Positions 20,320 through 29,700 of a DNA stretch of 64,000 nt are shown here, in pieces. Below the pieces are notes generated by a model. That model was not told the DNA's origin, made no database searches, and saw nothing but the letters and a program-made list of their open reading frames with translations. The translations under genes and the position numbers were made by a program. Origin of the DNA: a virus (lineage: Duplodnaviria > Caudoviricetes); IMG/VR virus record IMGVR_UViG_3300046167_000801. One strand, given 5' to 3'. The number at the start of each line of letters is the position of its first letter. The first letter of the stretch is position 1.

Positions 20320-23133
20320 ATGGCAAATTCAAACAGAGTATTCGTTTCTCCAGGTGTATATACCTCAGAAAAGGATTTAACGTTCGTAGCACAAAGTGTG
20401 GGTGTGACCACATTAGGGTTATCAGGTGAGGCACTAAAAGGACCTGCATTTGAACCAATTCTAATAAGAAATTTTGACGAATTCAAAACATATTTTGGAC
20501 CTACTTCACCAACTAAATTTTCGGACGGTAACCCAAAATACGAATTGGGTTATGTCGCAAAATCATACCTTCAAGAATCTAACCAATTATTTGTAACAAG
20601 AGTTTTAGGTTTGACGGGTTACGTACCAAAAATAACATACGCAATTAAAACATTAGGCGGAATAACAGTAGACCTTACAGGTGGAACTACAAATACGGTA
20701 GAGGATCTTATAGGAACTGGTTTAGATATTTCAACTTATTCATTATTTGAAAACCTAAGTGGGAAGACAGCAAATGATGGAAGTTCTATGTCTGACTGGA
20801 TTACAAATTTAGGTGTCTTAGCTGACGGATCATGGTTTACTATTGGTTTAGTTGATGGGGCAGAAACATTAAGTTTGGGATCGTCTTTACAGATAGCGGG
20901 ACCAATAGGAACAAACAACAATAACAATTGGTATAACACTTATTTTACAGAAAACGGTCTTGGAGTAGTATCGGGTGTAAGTTCTTACCTTTTTGTTTGG
21001 GATCAGACAGATAACGGATTCAAAATAACAGAGTTTAGTTATAATGCTTCAGTAAATTCTGACTACGACAATATAGTGGTACTATCACTAAGATCAAGAG
21101 GATCGTACCAAGGACAAACATTAAACCTTGAATTAGGTTCATCAAGTGACATAAGTATTGCGTCATCCACTTTAGGGACCGACCCACTATCAGAATTTAC
21201 ACTTAATGTTACAGGTTCTACAAGTGGTGCTAAATCATTTACATGTACGTTGAATACATCATCTACTAAATATGTTTCTAAAGTATTGGGTAATACTAAT
21301 TTTGATAAGAAGAAAAATGAAGTACCTCTTTATGTTTTTGAAGAGTATCCAAAATTATTATCAGCACTTTACGGACAAGGACTTGTTAGAGGTTTAGACA
21401 TTACACATGTTTCACATAACGTAGGAAACGATTATTTAAATCAATGGGAAACACCAGCATCACCAACAGTTGTATCTGAAGTGAGAGGTGGTATTGTTTC
21501 CGACCTATTCAGTGTAATTAGTATATCAGATGGAAATGCTGCAAACACACAATTAAAAATTCAAGTTCAGAATATTGACCTTGATTCAGGTGAGTTTGAT
21601 TTGATAATTAGAGATTTTAATGATACTGATAATAATATTTCAGTACTTGAAAAATTCTCAAGATGTACAATGAACCCTGACCTACCTGGTTACATCGCTA
21701 AAAAGATAGGTACTTCAGATGGTGAGTATGAGTTACGTTCGAAATATATAATGTTGAACATGGCTGAAGATGCACCTGTAGATGCATTTCCTGCAGGATT
21801 TAAAGGATTTACATCAGATTTCTTAGGTACATCTAAAGTTGGTAACGTACTATTCAAAACAAAATATAATGTGGCGGGTGACGTTGTTTCTTATAACTCA
21901 CAAGGTACAGAACAAAAAACTAACGGAGATAAAATCAGAAAAGTTACTTTAGGTTTATCATCTCAAATTGGTTTCGATAGAGATTTATTTGAATATAAAG
22001 GAAACGCTGCGAGTTCAACATCACATAGTTTCCACCTTTCAAGTCAGGCGTCTGGTATATCAGGTTTTAAAACAACACCGTATGATTTAGAAGGAAATGA
22101 TAAAGGTTTATTAGAAAGTAAATCATATAGAAAATTTACATTCGCAGTTTGTGGTGGTTTTGATGGTTGGGATATCTACAGAGGAACAAGAACAAATGGA
22201 GATGGTTACATCTTTGGTAAAAACACTTATGTAAGTGGACACACATCTAACGGTGGTGTATTTAGTGATACTGTTGGAAACTCAGATTATTACGCATATT
22301 TAGCGGGAATTGAAACATTCTCTAATCCTGAAGCGGTTGATATCAACATATTTGCAACACCAGGTATTGATTTCTATAACCATAGTTCATTAACTAATCA
22401 AGCAATTGATATGATAGAAGGTGATAGAGCGGATTCATTATACATCACTAACTCACCTAACACTTCAGATGTTGACGAAATAGTTGACCAATTGGATGAA
22501 GTTGATTTAGATACTAACTACACGGCAACATATTGGCCTTGGATACAAGTAAGAGATGGGGACAATGCAACTCAGTTATACATTCCACCAACAGGTGAGG
22601 TTGTTAAGAATATCGCACTAACAGATAACGTTTCTTATCCTTGGTTCGCAGTAGCGGGATACCAAAGAGGTTTAGTAAATGCAATCAAAGCGAAGAAGAA
22701 GTTGACGTTAGATAACAGAGATGATCTATATAATGCAAGAATTAACCCAATTGCAACGTTCTCAGATACGGGTACTATAATTTGGGGTAACAAAACATTA
22801 CAAGTTAGAGAGTCTGCACTTGATAGAATCAACGTAAGAAGATTATTATTAAGAGCGAGAAAATTAATTTCAGCGGTGGCAGTTAGATTGTTATTTGAAC
22901 AAAATGACGAACAAGTAAGAAATGAATTTTTAAGATTGGTTAACCCAATATTAGAATCTATTAAGAAAGAAAGAGGTTTATACGAATTTAGAGTAGTTGT
23001 GTCTAACGATCCAGAAGATATAGACGCGAACACACTAAGAGGTAAGATTTATGTTAAACCAACTAGATCTCTTGAATTCATTGATGTAGAATTCTTAATT
23101 ACTCCAACAGGAGCATCATTTGAGAATATCTAA
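20320..23133 (+). CDS. Contractile tail sheath protein (T4 gp18-like)
   Basis: FVSPGVYTSEKD N-terminus; YWPW, PPTG, WFAVAGYQRG, RINPI, IWGNKTL, DRINVRRLL, IYVKPTRSLEFI. Confidence 0.95.
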   Translation: MANSNRVFVSPGVYTSEKDLTFVAQSVGVTTLGLSGEALKGPAFEPILIRNFDEFKTYFGPTSPTKFSDGNPKYELGYVAKSYLQESNQLFVTRVLGLTGYVPKITYAIKTLGGITVDLTGGTTNTVEDLIGTGLDISTYSLFENLSGKTANDGSSMSDWITNLGVLADGSWFTIGLVDGAETLSLGSSLQIAGPIGTNNNNNWYNTYFTENGLGVVSGVSSYLFVWDQTDNGFKITEFSYNASVNSDYDNIVVLSLRSRGSYQGQTLNLELGSSSDISIASSTLGTDPLSEFTLNVTGSTSGAKSFTCTLNTSSTKYVSKVLGNTNFDKKKNEVPLYVFEEYPKLLSALYGQGLVRGLDITHVSHNVGNDYLNQWETPASPTVVSEVRGGIVSDLFSVISISDGNAANTQLKIQVQNIDLDSGEFDLIIRDFNDTDNNISVLEKFSRCTMNPDLPGYIAKKIGTSDGEYELRSKYIMLNMAEDAPVDAFPAGFKGFTSDFLGTSKVGNVLFKTKYNVAGDVVSYNSQGTEQKTNGDKIRKVTLGLSSQIGFDRDLFEYKGNAASSTSHSFHLSSQASGISGFKTTPYDLEGNDKGLLESKSYRKFTFAVCGGFDGWDIYRGTRTNGDGYIFGKNTYVSGHTSNGGVFSDTVGNSDYYAYLAGIETFSNPEAVDINIFATPGIDFYNHSSLTNQAIDMIEGDRADSLYITNSPNTSDVDEIVDQLDEVDLDTNYTATYWPWIQVRDGDNATQLYIPPTGEVVKNIALTDNVSYPWFAVAGYQRGLVNAIKAKKKLTLDNRDDLYNARINPIATFSDTGTIIWGNKTLQVRESALDRINVRRLLLRARKLISAVAVRLLFEQNDEQVRNEFLRLVNPILESIKKERGLYEFRVVVSNDPEDIDANTLRGKIYVKPTRSLEFIDVEFLITPTGASFENI

Positions 23134-23151
23134 TAGAATAAAAAAGGAAAA

Positions 23152-23173
23152 GGGAGGGTCTAACGACTCTCCC
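23152..23173 (-). terminator. GC-rich hairpin with T-tract on the minus strand
   Basis: gggagggtc-taac-gactctccc (9 bp, one G-U). A-rich flank on the left gives a U-tract only for a minus-strand transcript. Confidence 0.45.
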
Positions 23174-23403
23174 CTATCCAAAAGTAAAAATTGAGATGAC
23201 CCCAGTATATACTGGTTTAATATATACTAGATTTAATATATTATATAATTTATATCCTATATTTCATACTAGTAATTACTGGGTAATAAAAAAATACGGA
23301 AATTAATTGACAATGTCAAGTAGTTCTCAAATAAAAAAGAAAAATATTTCGTGAAGAGATATATTTATAATAATAGAATAACAAATATAACAAAAATACA
23401 GAC

Positions 23404-23892
23404 ATGGCAGATTTATTAATGAAAATGCCGGTTCCTTACGAACCGAAAAGAGTTAACCGATTTATCGTTAGGTTCCCTTCATCATTGGGTATCAACGAGT
23501 GGTATGTAACATCAGCGGCTAGACCGAGTGCAAAAATCAACTCAGTAGAGATTCCTTTCTTAAATACTTCAACTTATGTTGCAGGTAGATTCGTATGGAA
23601 TGAATTAAGAGTTAAGTTTAAAGATCCAATCGGACCATCAGCGTCTCAAGCGTTAATGGAATGGTTTAGATTACACGCAGAATCAGTAACAGGAAGAATG
23701 GGTTATGCTGCAGGGTATAAAAAAGATATTGAATTAGAAATGTTAGACCCAACAGGTGTTGTGGTTGAAAAATGGATTTTACAAGGTTCATTTATGACTG
23801 ACTTAAACTTTAATGAACTTGACTACAACAATGATGCATTAGCAACAATTGATTGTACGTTAAGAATGGATAGATGTATCCAAGTATACTAA
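23404..23892 (+). CDS. Tail tube protein (T4 gp19-like)
   Basis: Directly after the sheath gene; YEPKR.NRF, RPS, YVAGRFVW, YKKDIELEMLDP.G.VVEKW.L.G.F. Confidence 0.9.
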   Translation: MADLLMKMPVPYEPKRVNRFIVRFPSSLGINEWYVTSAARPSAKINSVEIPFLNTSTYVAGRFVWNELRVKFKDPIGPSASQALMEWFRLHAESVTGRMGYAAGYKKDIELEMLDPTGVVVEKWILQGSFMTDLNFNELDYNNDALATIDCTLRMDRCIQVY

Positions 23893-23916
23893 AAAAATAA
23901 TCTGTCGAAATATTTC

Positions 23917-23950
23917 AAGGGGGTCTTTTATAAGGATCCCCTTTTTTATT
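23917..23950 (+). terminator. Rho-independent terminator after tube gene
   Basis: aagggggtctt-ttat-aaggatcccctt followed by ttttatt. Confidence 0.75.
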
Positions 23951-23997
23951 TTATTTAAACTTTACTTTATACTATTTAATAGTTACATTTAAACAGT

Positions 23998-24750
23998 ATG
24001 GAAAACGAATATAGAATAGACCCAACAATTCAATACGATGTTGTTGAATTACCAAGTAGAGGTATATACTATCCAAATGGTACGAAATCATTAAAGGTAG
24101 CATACCTAACTGCTGCAGATGAGAATGTTTTATCCTCACCAAACTTAGCGGCAAATGGAGACATCGTCACAGAACTTTTAAAAAGAAAGGTTTTAACTAA
24201 AGATGTACCTGTTGAAGATTTAACAAGAGAAGATAAGGAGGCAATCCTGATTTTTTTACGTAATACTGCGTTTGGACCTGAATTAAAATTAGAGTTAAAG
24301 GACCCAAAAACAGAAGAATCATTTGAACATACAGTTGATTTAAGTGAACTCACCTATAAAGAATTCGATTTAAAAGAAGACGAAAACGGTGAGTATCCAT
24401 ATTTTATGGAAAAATCTAAAGTGGATATTACATTTAAATTTCTTACACCAAAAGACGAACAAGAATTAGAGGATATAACTAAAAGTTGGAACGGTCTTGG
24501 TGCACCTCCTATTGTTACAAAAAGATTAGAAAAACTGATCAAGAGTGTTAAGGGTAATAAAGATCAAATGAATATTAGAAATTTTATTGAGACCTTACCC
24601 ATATTAGATTCTCAGGATTTTAGGAAATACGTCAATAAAGTCAAACCAGGTGTAGACTTAGTACACCACGCAGTCGCCCCATCAGGAGAAAAAGTCACTT
24701 TTAGAGTAGACTTTGGGGTGGAGTTTTTTCGTCCTTTCTACGGACTATAA
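23998..24750 (+). CDS. Baseplate hub assembly / tail chaperone, T4 gp26-like
   Basis: VELPSRG.YYP..LKVAYLTAADEN.L, D..AILIFLR..AFG, FKFLT.KDE; lies between tube and tape measure. Confidence 0.75.
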   Translation: MENEYRIDPTIQYDVVELPSRGIYYPNGTKSLKVAYLTAADENVLSSPNLAANGDIVTELLKRKVLTKDVPVEDLTREDKEAILIFLRNTAFGPELKLELKDPKTEESFEHTVDLSELTYKEFDLKEDENGEYPYFMEKSKVDITFKFLTPKDEQELEDITKSWNGLGAPPIVTKRLEKLIKSVKGNKDQMNIRNFIETLPILDSQDFRKYVNKVKPGVDLVHHAVAPSGEKVTFRVDFGVEFFRPFYGL

Positions 24751-24883
24751 AAGCGCGCAGTTTACTGAAACAATTTTTTTACTTAGAAAAGGGTTCTCAC
24801 ATAGGGATGTTTTAGAGATGCCCGTGTTTATGAGAAGATACTACGTCGAACGAATTATTGAGTTAGAAAAGTCTACCGACTAG
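24725..24883 (+). CDS. gp51-like / tail-chaperone extension ORF, probably reached by frameshift
   Basis: Not in ORF track. The +1 (=-2) frame from TTTTTTC reads FFVLSTDYKSAQFTETIFLLRKGFSHRDVLEMPVFMRRYYVERIIELEKSTD*, resembling the gp51 pattern (S..E..NM.P..R..YV..L). No upstream ATG. Confidence 0.55.
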   Translation, partial: FFVLSTDYKSAQFTETIFLLRKGFSHRDVLEMPVFMRRYYVERIIELEKSTD

Positions 24884-24894
24884 TATTTATCTAT

Positions 24895-26685
24895 ATGGAC
24901 GATATCAACAAAATAATTAACGACCTACAGAAGCGGGGAGTGCTGAATGATAAGGACGGAAATATGCTTGACGATAAGACAATCGGTCAAATCAAAAACA
25001 AATACAAAAATGTTGGTAATAACAGTTCAAGAGGTAACTCAGTTGGTGGTGATGATTTTAAATCCTCTATTGTTGATGTGATTGCCGGAGCAACACTACA
25101 ACCATATGCACCTGAAGATACTAATATTCTTAAGGAATTGGCTCAGAATTATAAACCACCAACCGATGGTGGTAGTCAGACAGGTGCGGTTATTAGTTCT
25201 TTAATTAAAACTGCGATGAGTGGGATAGGTGATTATGTAAAAGAACAATCCTATTTACTTACGTTTGTTAATAAAGAATTGGGTTTAGCGGGAGAACTAT
25301 CTCAAAAGTTTAGGGAATCAGTCACTGACGCTCAACCTGACCTAAGAAGAATGGGAATTCCTTTCAAGGAGATGACCGATTCTGTAGGTAAATTAATAGA
25401 AGATACGGGTAGGTTTGCATTGGTTGGTACAGATATGTTAGTACGTGCGGGTGAAATCGCGGGTGCATATGGTATGAAGATGTCCGAAGTTATCGGTGCA
25501 TATGACGACTTTGAAAAAGTAGGTATAGGTGCGGCACAAGCACAAGAATCAATTGCCGATGCGGGTAAACGATCTTTAGAGGTTGGAATACAATCAAGAC
25601 AAACCATTCAAGGAATGATAGAGAATGTTGGAAAACTGAATGAATATGGTTTCCAACAAGGGGTTGAAGGTCTCGAGAAAATGGTTAGAAGATCAACCGA
25701 AATTAGAATGAGTTTAAGTGAAACATTTAAAGTGGCGGATAAAGTATTTTCACCTGAAGGGGCGTTAGAACTATCTGCAGAATTAGGTGTTTTAGGTGCG
25801 GCGTTTGGAGATTTTAATGACCCACTAAGACTTATGTATATGGCAACCAATGAAGTAGAAGGGTTACAAGGGGCATTGGAAGGTGTGGCAGGTAATTTGG
25901 CAACCTACAATATGGAGACAGGTGGATTTGAAGTGACAGGTGCTAACCTTAGACAGGCAAGAGAAATTGCGAGTAAGTTAGGTATAGACATGAAAGAACT
26001 TACCCAATCAGCGATCGCACTACAAGAACGTCAACAGGCGGCGTTAGCGTTAGAAGGTTTAAATATTAACCCTGAAAACAAGGAATTCCTAACCAACCTC
26101 GCGAGAATGAAGGACGGAGAAATGTCAATTGATCTACAAGCGGCGGGATTGGAAGAAGAGTTTGGAAAAAGTTCAATTAAATTAAGTGAATTAAATGGTG
26201 ATCTAGCCGACAAACTAATAGGTTTTCAAGACGAATTTAAAGACAAATCAGAAAAAGACCTCATAAGAGAACAAGTAACTTTAGTCGAAAACATAAGTAG
26301 GGATGTTAACTATTTAGCGTTGTTGGCTAGAATGGAAGTGGCTGGTGTAGGTGACAAAGCGGTACAAGCATTATCTTCAATGAGTGCAAAAGAGGCGGGT
26401 GGAGATATAAGTAGTTTATTATATAAAGGTACTGATTCCTTAGTAGAAATGTTTGGTGAACAAAAGGCGGAACTTATAAAAGGTATACAAACCCAAATGG
26501 GTATAGACCCAACCGAATTTAAAAAACCTCAAAACGTTCCTCTTGAAACCACCCAACAAGATAAGACAGTTAAACATGAAGTTGAAATTAAGGCTAAAGA
26601 TGCAATTACTGGGTTCTACCAAAAGGAATGGTCGTTAAATCCTGAGAGATGGGTTCAAGGTAAAGGTTATTTAGACCCTAATTAA
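24895..26685 (+). CDS. Tape measure protein (putative)
   Basis: 596-aa helical Ala/Gly/Leu-rich ORF in the canonical position after the chaperone genes. Confidence 0.7.
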   Translation: MDDINKIINDLQKRGVLNDKDGNMLDDKTIGQIKNKYKNVGNNSSRGNSVGGDDFKSSIVDVIAGATLQPYAPEDTNILKELAQNYKPPTDGGSQTGAVISSLIKTAMSGIGDYVKEQSYLLTFVNKELGLAGELSQKFRESVTDAQPDLRRMGIPFKEMTDSVGKLIEDTGRFALVGTDMLVRAGEIAGAYGMKMSEVIGAYDDFEKVGIGAAQAQESIADAGKRSLEVGIQSRQTIQGMIENVGKLNEYGFQQGVEGLEKMVRRSTEIRMSLSETFKVADKVFSPEGALELSAELGVLGAAFGDFNDPLRLMYMATNEVEGLQGALEGVAGNLATYNMETGGFEVTGANLRQAREIASKLGIDMKELTQSAIALQERQQAALALEGLNINPENKEFLTNLARMKDGEMSIDLQAAGLEEEFGKSSIKLSELNGDLADKLIGFQDEFKDKSEKDLIREQVTLVENISRDVNYLALLARMEVAGVGDKAVQALSSMSAKEAGGDISSLLYKGTDSLVEMFGEQKAELIKGIQTQMGIDPTEFKKPQNVPLETTQQDKTVKHEVEIKAKDAITGFYQKEWSLNPERWVQGKGYLDPN

Positions 26686-26730
26686 TTTGAGGGTTTTTCA
26701 TCTTAAATCTATTTATATTAAAAAGAAATT

Positions 26731-29700
26731 ATGCCAAGTAACTTAGATTTCGATTCTACAAGTCAATTTAGGGATAGTATATTAAATAGGACGTTACAAC
26801 AACCCAACGGTCCTCAGACATTTACTAGTTCCGCATACTCTGTAGAGTCTCTTAGTGACCATTCAAATATTAGTCAGGGAGATGTAGACGATAATCTAAA
26901 TACTTACTTATCAGTACCTCAAAACTCAAACACATTTACTACAGAAAATTTTAGTACTGTTGATACTTTAAGAAATTTAACAAGGATTGATGATTTGGGG
27001 TTATATCCCGAATATTTTGTACAAGGGAGTTATAGTAATTTAATTAGTATTATGACGACCGACAACTACGATAATGAATCGAGGTTGATGAAGTTTGCTG
27101 CAAGACATATTAGGGAAAACAAACAAGGACCTGTTTTAGCGAGAATAACACAAAATTTAGTTGCCGCCACTTATGGTAGAGTAAGACTAATAGATGCGTT
27201 GGAAGGTAATTTGGCAACAGCGGTTAATATTGTTACAGGTAAAGAAGGTTTAATAGAGAAGAATTTTAAAGTAACGGTTGCCAAAACCATAGCGGGTAAG
27301 GCGATTGATTTCTTACAAACAGTTGCGGGTGTGGAATTTCCATGGAGTGAAATACCTGGTGATTATTTGACAAACCCAAGAAGACCAACGGTTAATAGAC
27401 CTGAGGCACAAACAGGATTGGGTGCAATTATACAAGATGTGACGGGGGCGTTAGGTTCTCTAATAGGAATTCAAAGAAGACCTAAACTGTCAAGAAAACC
27501 ATCTGATTTAATGATTGAATATTTAGGTTCAGGTCAGAAGGATATTTTATTCGACAACCTAAGTTATTCAACATATGCACCAAACTACACAAAAACAGCA
27601 AGATCACAACAATCATCTAAATTATTTACTTTCATTGATAAAGTGGGTGATGCAATTAATGACGTTTTAGGTATGGGAGCACCAAGAGGTGTGGCATACA
27701 TAGGTGATGATAGAGGTGAAGATGTAAAATACGCGATGGGGGATTTTAATGATAACATCGTTAGAAGTAGTTATTACCTAAGTTTAATGTTTGATCCCGT
27801 ACAAACCGCGTTATTTGAGAGACAACGTTCTGTGGTTGAAGGAGGACAAATAGGTGGTAGATTAACATGGTACAGTAGTAAATCAAAAAATAAGTTAGGA
27901 GAAAGTAACCTTGAATACCAAGTTGAGAGATCTCAATTAGAGGAAAGTCTTTCCACTAAATACGGGTTTAGAAGTGACTCCATTTTAGGTAAAACTCAAG
28001 AACTACTTGAAACTATGCCATCAGACGGTGGTGCTGCGAGGTCACATGTGGCGAACGCAATCGACCAAACAAGTAGAATATTTAGAGAAGGTAATGTAAT
28101 GATGTCGAGAGGATCGGCAGTAAAGTACGTGGATAAGTTTGGAGAAGAGTCAGGCGTTGAATACTGTAGGGTATGGACAAAAGACGACCCATACATGAAT
28201 ATGTCCGACACAATGAAACGTACAGGTAACATAAGAAAGTTTGACTCTAGTGTGATGTCAAAACCATGGAATTTAAACATGGCACCAATGTCTAATGGAG
28301 AAGGTTCTTTTGAGGGATCAACGAATATTGTTGAATCTACCTTTGGTGATGGTTACATGGCAAAAAAATATATGTTCTCACTTGAGAACTTAGCGTGGAA
28401 AACATCTACACTACCAGGTTTTACATACACGGACTTACCGTTTTGTGAAAGAGGACCTAATGGAGGTAGAGTGATGTGGTTCCCACCATACGATATTAAA
28501 GTATCGGAACAAAATAATGCGAGATGGGAAAGTAATGTCTTTTTAGGTAGACCTGAACCGATATATACATATCAATCTACTGAAAGGTCGGGACAAATAT
28601 CATTTAAAGTAGTTGTCGATCACCCAAGTATATTGAACCTTTTAGTAACTAAAGTTTTTAAAGGAATGTCAGATGAAGAATCTGACAATTATATAAACGC
28701 GTTTTTTGCGGGATGTGAGGAATTAGATTTTTATGAGTTAATAAGAACTTACACAACTTTAACTAAGGAAGATATAGGTAGTATTCAAAAATATTTAGAA
28801 GCGGATAATCCTGATAAAGAATCAATCACCAAATATAAAGTAGAGGTGGATGATAGTGAATATGAAACACCCGATTTAAGTCCTATTGAACAAGCACCTG
28901 AGAAAACCTTAATTAACTTATATTTTAGGAACGACTTTCCAAAGATAGGTTCAAGTGCGGTAACAAGTCCCAACACATATACCGACGAATATACTACTTA
29001 TGTTGGAAATAGAGGTTCAGCAACAGGAACACCGGCTGACGGGACTTATATGAAAGACTTAGTAAACGGATTGGATATGGTCTTTACTGCACCACTTACC
29101 GTTAACAAAAAGAATGACATAGAAAATATGTTTGGTAAATCCGAGGGGATAACGGGTAGTACTTCTGATTATGCACTTGTTAGGGATAAAATAGATAAGG
29201 GTTTCAATAGACTTGTTGATAATAAGACGACATATGACAGCAAACTAACCTCTATTAAATCAAGGATTGAAGGTGGAGAACTTAAAGATGTTTTAATTAA
29301 AATATTTACTAGTACATCATCTGTTGCCGATAACAATTATAACGTAAAATTATCGGCGAGGAGAGCCCATAGTGTCTTTATAGATGTTATGAAGAAGATA
29401 CAGAAAAACAGTAAAGATTATGGAGAAGACTTTTCAAAGGTTGTTCCATCATCGGGAGTACCCTCAGTATCTCAAACACTTGGTTATACTTTTGAAGAGT
29501 TAGGATATGAAGGTATAGAAGGTGGTTTACGTATAGGTTATAGTGCAAATGGAGAAACAGTTAGTAAAGAAGAAAACTTGTTTGGTGGGGGTAGTGTTCC
29601 TGTAAATTGTCACAAAGATGAAATACGATCTAATAGTGCACTAAAAAGAACCGCACCTGTTACGTTTTACTGTAGACACGCAACCGTGGAAATGGTTGAG

